Shown here: positions 20,757 to 26,413 of the stretch, piece by piece | Position numbering within the stretch: the stretch's first letter is position 1 | Layout of the letters: every line of letters starts with the position of its first letter | Source: an uncultured Clostridia bacterium | Lineage (GTDB): Bacteria > Bacillota > Clostridia > Lachnospirales > Lachnospiraceae | NCBI GenBank assembly: GCA_945836135.1 | Contig: CAMAKT010000001.1 | Location: 1-46,696, forward strand | Direction of reading: 5' to 3' | DNA length: 46,696 nt | The notes under the pieces: generated by a model | Seen by the model: the letters and a program-made list of their open reading frames with translations, nothing else | Database searches by the model: none | Told to the model about the DNA's origin: nothing | Position numbers and translations under genes: made by a program

Positions 20757-21419
20757 TCACACCTGTGGCAGCAATATTTCTGTTGTAAAGGCACCATCTT
20801 CGCTGTTGCGGCTGATATATCCTTCCAGCCGTTCTACAATGGCGTCAATGCGGACAAGTCCGAAGCCATGGCCTTCACCCTTGGTACTGCGGAAGAGATT
20901 TCCTTCTTTTTTCATTTTCTTCCCCGCAGTAAAGTTGGTAAAGGAAATATAGAGCTGTGTGTTTTTCATATCCATGTACACACGAATCAGCCTCTGTTCC
21001 TCCGGAAGCTTCATGCTGGCTTCAATGGCATTGTCAAAAAGATTTCCGATGATACAGCACAGGTCTATCTCTGAGGATTTGAGCTTTACCGGAATATGTG
21101 CATCAGCTATGACCTTGATATTCCTGGAATTTGCCAGGGATATTTTGGAATTAAGGATGGCATCCGTCATGGGATTTCCTGTCTTAATTACAGTGTCCAC
21201 AGTGGTCAGGTCATCGTCTAATAGGTCAAGATATCTTTTTATGGCATCCCAGTTCTCCGATGCCGCATAGGCTTTCATGGTCTGGATGTGATTGCGGTAA
21301 TCATGCCTCCACCCACGAATCTGCCGGTACATATTATCTACTTCCCGATAATGTGTTTCAATCAGTTCCTGTTGGTATGAGGCAATCTTTTTGTCTATTT
21401 TTTTTGAAAAGAATCCCAT
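20757..21419 (-). CDS. AgrC/HPK10-type histidine kinase core (DHp plus GHKL ATPase) without any membrane or sensor domain
   Basis: The H-box RHDYRNHIQ, N-box IIGNLFDNAIEA and G-box GEGHGFGL are present. It is only about 220 aa with no hydrophobic segments. ATG 21419 follows GAGGTG, which overlaps the response-regulator stop. Confidence 0.8.
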   Translation of the reverse strand: MGFFSKKIDKKIASYQQELIETHYREVDNMYRQIRGWRHDYRNHIQTMKAYAASENWDAIKRYLDLLDDDLTTVDTVIKTGNPMTDAILNSKISLANSRNIKVIADAHIPVKLKSSEIDLCCIIGNLFDNAIEASMKLPEEQRLIRVYMDMKNTQLYISFTNFTAGKKMKKEGNLFRSTKGEGHGFGLVRIDAIVERLEGYISRNSEDGAFTTEILLPQV

Positions 21420-21424
21420 GCGCT

Positions 21425-22123
21425 TCACCTCATATTGATAATTGCCCGGTTGACCCCCTCATAGGCGCCCCTCGGCAGCGGAAGGGTCACTCCGTCATTT
21501 AGCTTAATCTCTGTTTTTGTGACACGGCTTATCTGCGTCAAATTGACTATCGCAGAACGTCCCATGCGGAAAAAACGGTCATCCAACTCCTTTTCCAGTT
21601 CACCCAACGTCATTTTAACAGTCAAATCGTCACAGGCGTGAATGGTCACGTAATTGCCGGATACGTCAGCGTACCTGATCTGGTATACAGGGATACGAAC
21701 CATCTCCCCACCAATCTCAAAGTTAAGAACCTTCTCATTTTTGGACAGCTTATCCACAGCCCTGTCAAGGACGGAGAATAACTTGTCCTCCTTCACAGGC
21801 TTCATCAGATAGTGAAGTGCAGCCACCTCATACCCTTCAGAAATATAATCGGAGTATCCGGTAATAAATACGATTTGCACAGTATCATTGTCCAGACGCA
21901 GCTTTTTTGCCATGGCTACACCATCCATAGCCCCCATCTCTATATCAAGGAGCAGAATATCATAATCCTTCTTCTCAGCATAATGGAACAGAAAGTTTTC
22001 CGCCGATGAAAAGAAAGAAATCTGCACAGTATGACCTTTGTCCTCTGCCCAGCGGCTTACTATGTCCGATATGTATTGTCTGTCCGCATCTGAATCATCG
22101 CAGATTGCTATATTGTAATTCAT
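21425..22123 (-). CDS. LytTR-family response regulator (REC plus LytTR DNA-binding domain)
   Basis: REC motifs are present (CDDSDADRQ, LLLDIEMGAMDG, LMKPV). The C-terminal LytTR pattern is IRYADVSGNYVTIHACDD...GRSAIVNLTQI. Confidence 0.9.
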   Translation of the reverse strand: MNYNIAICDDSDADRQYISDIVSRWAEDKGHTVQISFFSSAENFLFHYAEKKDYDILLLDIEMGAMDGVAMAKKLRLDNDTVQIVFITGYSDYISEGYEVAALHYLMKPVKEDKLFSVLDRAVDKLSKNEKVLNFEIGGEMVRIPVYQIRYADVSGNYVTIHACDDLTVKMTLGELEKELDDRFFRMGRSAIVNLTQISRVTKTEIKLNDGVTLPLPRGAYEGVNRAIINMR

Positions 22124-22132
22124 GTTCTTTCC

Positions 22133-22909
22133 TCACACACTCACGTCAATTACTGTACCGCCTACAGCCCCCGGTGCGCAAAGTCCCGCAGACATCTGTG
22201 CATCCGGCTGTGACAGCTCTGTATCAAGTTCCGCCTGCGCCTGCAACTCCTGCTGTTCTATGAGCCGCATTGCCTGTTCGTTCATCTTAAGCTCGCTTAA
22301 ACCTGCTGCCGTATAGCTGAGTTCAAGGCTTACACCGTTTCCGCTGCAGCCTGTCTGACCCCACGGATTATTCTTCATCCTGTCGCTGTAATATTTCATA
22401 TCCGCCTCCGAGACCCTGCGGCGCTCATCATTGCGGTGTGAATATTTTTTTCGCTTTGCCTCATTTACCTTGCGTCTTATTTCGTTCTTTCTAAGGCTCT
22501 CTTCGTTCTCATATTCCCTCTCATTTGCCTTTGCGGTGCGTTCCTCCTGCTTGAGATTCCTCACCTTAATGCGTGCGCACTTCACAAGCCGCTGGGCGTG
22601 TGCGAGAGCTGTATTCAGCTCTGCTTCGTCGTACTGCCCCGTCGCCTTGCAGCGTTTAAGAAGAGATACCTTGGACTTAGCCCGACTGAGCACCCTTGTC
22701 GCATTTCCTGACTTTCCTGCCCTCAGAAGCTGGCCTGATATCTCCCTTGGATTGTAATTCAAAGGCTTTTTGTTTTTGCTTTTATTGGAACTGCTCCTCA
22801 TAACTCCCAGCCGTGCATCCGAATTATTGACGTTCTTAACTGTCAGACCCGAAACACGAGCCGAGTTCATAACGTTTCCCACACCACTACTTCCCTGTAA
22901 AGTGTTCAT
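22133..22909 (-). CDS. Hypothetical basic, Lys/Arg-rich coiled-coil protein (258 aa)
   Basis: The ORF is intact. Its ATG overlaps the upstream stop (ATGA), and its stop overlaps the SD of the response-regulator gene. I recognise no family. Confidence 0.6.
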   Translation of the reverse strand: MNTLQGSSGVGNVMNSARVSGLTVKNVNNSDARLGVMRSSSNKSKNKKPLNYNPREISGQLLRAGKSGNATRVLSRAKSKVSLLKRCKATGQYDEAELNTALAHAQRLVKCARIKVRNLKQEERTAKANEREYENEESLRKNEIRRKVNEAKRKKYSHRNDERRRVSEADMKYYSDRMKNNPWGQTGCSGNGVSLELSYTAAGLSELKMNEQAMRLIEQQELQAQAELDTELSQPDAQMSAGLCAPGAVGGTVIDVSV

Positions 22910-23721
22910 CGTCTCACCCTCTCTATTCCATAAACAAGCTCCGTGCAGTAATCCTCAATATCCGCTTTGAGATAGGCAAGCATATCCTCATCACCATCAT
23001 ATTTTTCATCAATAAGCTTACCAAGCGCTACCTTTAATTTCTCTGCTGCCGCTGTCTTACCCTGCCCCAGTATATAAGCTCTAAGCCTCCCGTAATCGTC
23101 GTTCTCAAGTGCTTCTCCCATGGGCCTTCCGGCAAGGATATGACCTAATATATCTCTTAATATAATTCGGCATATATTGTAAAACTGTTTACGGTAATTT
23201 CTATCAAATTGATACAAAATATCCAGAACATAGTCTTCCGGCAGCCTGCTAAGGAAGCGTTGCTCGATTGAAATGTATAAGATATATTTCTCCACCGCAT
23301 CAATTCCGCTTACGCCGGAAATCGGGCATATCGTCGGATAGTCCATGGTGATTATGCTATCCTGGGGTGCAAAACGTATATCATAGAGCTTAAAGAAACC
23401 CGGCAAAGCCTTGGTTACGGTATCATGATAATTTTCGTTGCCATAGGAATTAAACTTAAGCCCCATTGTGTTATACAGTTTTCTTGCGGTACAGGTTTTA
23501 TCCTGCACAAGCTGCAGCCCCCGTTCATAAGCTTCCTTTGCCGTAAATCTTTGCGAATGCAGGATAAGCCCCTCGCTGTTGCACTCATTGATGCAGTAGA
23601 GCACAGCCTCCATCAGCCTGTTTGCCGCCTCGTAGGTAACGGAGGAGCTGTCACGACAGGTATATTTTTCCGTAAGTGTTGCCACAACCGGCAGCAACTC
23701 CTCTAAAGAATAATCTTCCAT
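22906..23721 (-). CDS. Conserved hypothetical protein (271 aa; resembles Firmicutes family DUF6179, from memory)
   Basis: The ORF is intact with GAGGGAG 7 nt upstream. It is acidic and helical with no catalytic motif recognised. Confidence 0.6.
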   Translation of the reverse strand: MEDYSLEELLPVVATLTEKYTCRDSSSVTYEAANRLMEAVLYCINECNSEGLILHSQRFTAKEAYERGLQLVQDKTCTARKLYNTMGLKFNSYGNENYHDTVTKALPGFFKLYDIRFAPQDSIITMDYPTICPISGVSGIDAVEKYILYISIEQRFLSRLPEDYVLDILYQFDRNYRKQFYNICRIILRDILGHILAGRPMGEALENDDYGRLRAYILGQGKTAAAEKLKVALGKLIDEKYDGDEDMLAYLKADIEDYCTELVYGIERVRR

Positions 23722-23739
23722 TATTTTTCTCCCTCAACT

Positions 23740-24195
23740 CTACTCCTCGTAATCCTCTTCCAAAGCTCCATATCCCCTTTTTCGCAGTTTTCTTGCAATC
23801 CTTTCCATTGCCGTTTCCTCCAGAAATTCCAATGAGCCCTCACACTCCCCATCAAAAGCCTCCCTCATACTTTCCAGAAGCTCATCATCGCTGAGCTCAT
23901 CCATGGTTTCATTCTTGTACTGGTAAAATATCTCCTGAAGCCTTCCTATGGTTTCCACATAATTGTTCTGGTCAATATAGCAGGAATCACAGAAGGCAAA
24001 AATCAACTTCGGCAAAATTCCCTCTCCGAACTCCACCCGTTGCTGCTCCTTTAAGGTATCACGCCTTTTAGTTGCCAGCACCTTAGCGTCCTCTTTGGAA
24101 AGCACAAGTCCGAAAGCCACCGTTTGTTCATTCAACTTAAGCATTTTCTCAATCTGATTCTGTCCGCCAAGCTTAAGAAGCCAGTTATTATCCAT
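23740..24195 (-). CDS. Conserved hypothetical protein (151 aa; resembles Firmicutes family DUF6323, from memory)
   Basis: The ORF is intact with GGAGGGGAAGG upstream. It has motifs such as RVEFGEGILPKLIFAFCDSCYI and an acidic tail. Confidence 0.6.
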   Translation of the reverse strand: MDNNWLLKLGGQNQIEKMLKLNEQTVAFGLVLSKEDAKVLATKRRDTLKEQQRVEFGEGILPKLIFAFCDSCYIDQNNYVETIGRLQEIFYQYKNETMDELSDDELLESMREAFDGECEGSLEFLEETAMERIARKLRKRGYGALEEDYEE

Positions 24196-24320
24196 TGTCC
24201 TTCCCCTCCGTTTTGTTATTGTTTATTTTTCCCTTTTTCGATTGTTTCAGTATAACCCCCCAATTTCTGCATTACCAGTCTTGAAAAAATGCCCATTTTG
24301 TGGTAATATAAACACGTAAA

Positions 24321-24363
24321 AGAGGGAAAGAATTTGTAAATTTCAGATTCTTTCCCTCTTTTT
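24321..24363. terminator. 13-bp-stem hairpin with U/A runs on both sides (second terminator behind tRNA-Leu(AAG); also closes a mini plus-strand unit)
   Basis: AGAGGGAAAGAAU-loop-AUUCUUUCCCUCU is followed by UUUU on the plus strand and by UUUACGUGUUU on the minus strand. Confidence 0.6.
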
Positions 24364-24400
24364 AAAAGCCAATACCCAATTAGTTTTTATTCACAAGCAA

Positions 24401-24430
24401 CAAAAAACCCTAAGAAATCATTCTCAGGGT
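24401..24430 (-). terminator. Intrinsic terminator of tRNA-Leu(AAG)
   Basis: On the minus strand ACCCUGAGAA-UGAU-UUCUUAGGGU is followed by UUUUUUG, 6 nt after the tRNA 3' end. Confidence 0.8.
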
Positions 24431-24436
24431 CAACAG

Positions 24437-24521
24437 TGCAGTCGGCGGGACTTGAACCCGCACCCAAGCAATATGGACTAGATCCTTAGTCTAGCGCGTA
24501 TGCCAATTCCGCCACGACTGC
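24437..24521 (-). tRNA. tRNA-Leu, anticodon AAG (A34), class II with long variable arm
   Basis: My hand fold is GCAGTCG-TG-GCG-GAATTGGCATA-CGC-G-CTAGA-CTAAGGA-TCTAG-(variable arm TCCATATTGCTTGGGT)-GCGGG-TTCAAGT-CCCGC-CGACTGC-A. The anticodon loop is C-U-A-A-G-G-A. CCA is not encoded. Confidence 0.85.
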
Positions 24522-24556
24522 GTCTTTATCTGTGTCACTCACCAGCGACGATATGT

Positions 24557-24585
24557 ATATTATCATATCCCTGAAAATAATGCAA
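24557..24585 (-). promoter_or_regulatory. Promoter of tRNA-Leu(AAG)
   Basis: The minus strand reads TTGCAT-N17-TAATAT with an extended TGA upstream of the -10. Confidence 0.6.
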
Positions 24586-24639
24586 GCACTTTTTTAAAAA
24601 AAATTACTTTTTTTGTATAAAAGATTTACTAATTATTTC

Positions 24640-24669
24640 TTGACAAAAGCCAGAGGCTGATGATATTAT
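24640..24669 (+). promoter_or_regulatory. Promoter of tRNA-Leu(CAG)
   Basis: TTGACA-N18-TATTAT with an extended -10 (TGATATTAT). Confidence 0.6.
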
Positions 24670-24718
24670 ATATAGGCATCAGCAGAGTGGCGCATTGTCC
24701 GCCCTTATAAATTTATAT

Positions 24719-24802
24719 GCAGTCGTGGCGAAATTGGCACACGCGCATGATTCAGGTTCATGTGGACTTACGTCCATGAGGGTTCAACTCCCTTCGACTG
24801 CA
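24719..24802 (+). tRNA. tRNA-Leu, anticodon CAG
   Basis: My hand fold is GCAGTCG-TG-GCG-AAATTGGCACA-CGC-G-CATGA-TTCAGGT-TCATG-(variable arm)-GAGGG-TTCAACT-CCCTT-CGACTGC-A. It has the same acceptor stem as the divergent Leu(AAG) gene. Confidence 0.9.
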
Positions 24803-24813
24803 CACAAATAATT

Positions 24814-24845
24814 ACCGGAAGCGTTTGAAGCTTCCGGTTTTTTAT
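24814..24845 (+). terminator. Intrinsic terminator of tRNA-Leu(CAG)
   Basis: ACCGGAAGC-GUUUGAA-GCUUCCGGU is followed by UUUUUU. Confidence 0.85.
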
Positions 24846-24955
24846 TTCTATATTCAAGGTTTTAATTCCGTGCTCACGAAAAAATACACTCCATTCCACA
24901 AGGTTATGCTATAATACACTTAACATTCAAATAATGTGGATAAGGAGGTATTTCT

Positions 24956-25339
24956 ATGGCTAATATTATATATGATGCAAGAAAAATTAAGCTTATGGAG
25001 GCAGTTAAGGCGCTGTCCGACGCTGTGGGCAACAGTGAAGAGTGGTTCGGTTGCTTCTGGCAGGGCGTAATTGACAACGAACATGTCTATGAAGAGCTGC
25101 TCTACTACATAGACCACAATGATTTCCTGTGTGAATATACCATTGACGGCTACTCCATCGTTGACCTGTTCGTATGGCAGATGTCCAACTACAATCTGCT
25201 TCATGATACCGGCAAGAATGACGCATCATGCTGCAAGGAAGCCATGGTTCTGTATGCCTTCGATGCCATGATTAAGATGGCAAAGGACAGTCTGACCTAC
25301 CAAAACCGTATTCAATCGGATATGCGTCTGGACAAGTAG
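24956..25339 (+). CDS. Hypothetical soluble protein (127 aa)
   Basis: AAGGAGG lies 8 nt upstream of the ATG, and an extended -10 TGCTATAAT lies at about 24917-24925. I recognise no family. Confidence 0.55.
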   Translation: MANIIYDARKIKLMEAVKALSDAVGNSEEWFGCFWQGVIDNEHVYEELLYYIDHNDFLCEYTIDGYSIVDLFVWQMSNYNLLHDTGKNDASCCKEAMVLYAFDAMIKMAKDSLTYQNRIQSDMRLDK

Positions 25340-25347
25340 CTATGCTG

Positions 25348-25824
25348 CTATCCTAAAAGCCCGAAGAAATCCGGGTTAAAATACAGCACAACCGCTGCCG
25401 CAAGTACAATCACCGCTACAACGGCAACCGCAATGTATACCTTTTTGTGGCTCTCTTCCTTATATACCGGCTCCTCCAGTCTGGCATCGACCCCGATTGC
25501 TATTCTGTCAATATAGTTGCGATCCCACAGTTCCACTCCCGCTGCATCGCCGGCTTTCTTGGCTGCTGACGAGAATGAACTGTTCGTCATGAACACAAGC
25601 ACATCGACTTCCGGCTTCTTGGCTGCTCGTATGAACTCTTCCATGGCTGCCCCGCTGATTGCGTCAATATCATATCGACATGCAAAGGCATATATCTTTC
25701 CGTCCTTCTTTGCAACCATACTGACAACACTATCATTACCTGCACTCTTAACATCCGTATATCCCAGAGCACTGATAAATCTGGCCATAATCTCAGTGTA
25801 ATTATCTTTATCATTAATAATCAT
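25348..25824 (-). CDS. Restriction-endonuclease-like (Mrr_cat fold) protein with degenerate catalytic motif and C-terminal TM anchor
   Basis: FISALGYTDVK...GNDSVVSMVAKKDGKIYAFACRYD...AMEEFIRAA...VLVFMTNSSFSSAAKKAG...VELWDRNYI follows the Mrr catalytic-domain pattern, but ACR replaces the (Q/E)xK motif. The C-terminal helix is VYIAVAVVAVIVLAAAVVLYF. Confidence 0.5.
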   Translation of the reverse strand: MIINDKDNYTEIMARFISALGYTDVKSAGNDSVVSMVAKKDGKIYAFACRYDIDAISGAAMEEFIRAAKKPEVDVLVFMTNSSFSSAAKKAGDAAGVELWDRNYIDRIAIGVDARLEEPVYKEESHKKVYIAVAVVAVIVLAAAVVLYFNPDFFGLLG

Positions 25825-26051
25825 CGCATGTATTCCTTTCCATTATCCAAATTGTATTATCCATATTGTTAACATAAAATAAAAATTAATCCCATATAAT
25901 CCCATAATATCTACATTTCTATTATACACAAAATTCATTCTATAACAACCTAAATTTTATTGACATTGCACAAAGAATATATTAGACTATTTTATGTAAA
26001 TTAGTGCTATTTTCTGACAGCTAAAACTATTTTTGAAAGAAGGTATTTATT

Positions 26052-26387
26052 ATGGCAGATGCATCATTAACAAAAAAGTATTTATCATTATTAAATCGTA
26101 AAAAGAGCGAGAAAATTCGCAAGAAATATCTTTGGTCAACAATAGAAGACCAGCTTGCCATATGTGAAGCCTGCAAGCAGGTTGCCACCGATGATTCAAG
26201 AAATCTTGTCATCATGCTTTTAGAATCCCTGGACGAAGAAGTTGTATTTGCTGCAGTGGACTCACTTGGTGAAATAGGTACTGATCACATTAAGGCGAGA
26301 CTTCAGACACTCTATAATACCACCACCAATGAGGCGCTTAAAACAGCAGTCCATAATACTCTTTCTAAAATCGGAAGCAGAAGCTGA
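26052..26387 (+). CDS. Small HEAT-repeat (PBS-lyase HEAT-like) protein, 111 aa
   Basis: ...VIMLLESLDEEVVFAAVDSLGEIGTDHIKARLQTLYNTTTNEALKTAVHNTLSKIG shows HEAT_2-type repeats. The promoter TTGACA-N17-TAGACT lies about 80 nt upstream. Confidence 0.55.
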   Translation: MADASLTKKYLSLLNRKKSEKIRKKYLWSTIEDQLAICEACKQVATDDSRNLVIMLLESLDEEVVFAAVDSLGEIGTDHIKARLQTLYNTTTNEALKTAVHNTLSKIGSRS

Positions 26388-26413
26388 CTTAAAGCCCAGC
26401 AAGAAAGGACACC

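Noticed and set aside
24216-24296. A minus-strand mini-ORF, MGIFSRLVMQKLGGYTETIEKGKNKQ, upstream of the five-gene operon, considered as a possible signalling-peptide precursor for the LytTR system.
   Set aside because: It has no SD, no leader or cleavage motif (such as a double glycine) and no hydrophobic or Cys-rich core. It lies in the AT-rich promoter region where short ORFs arise by chance.
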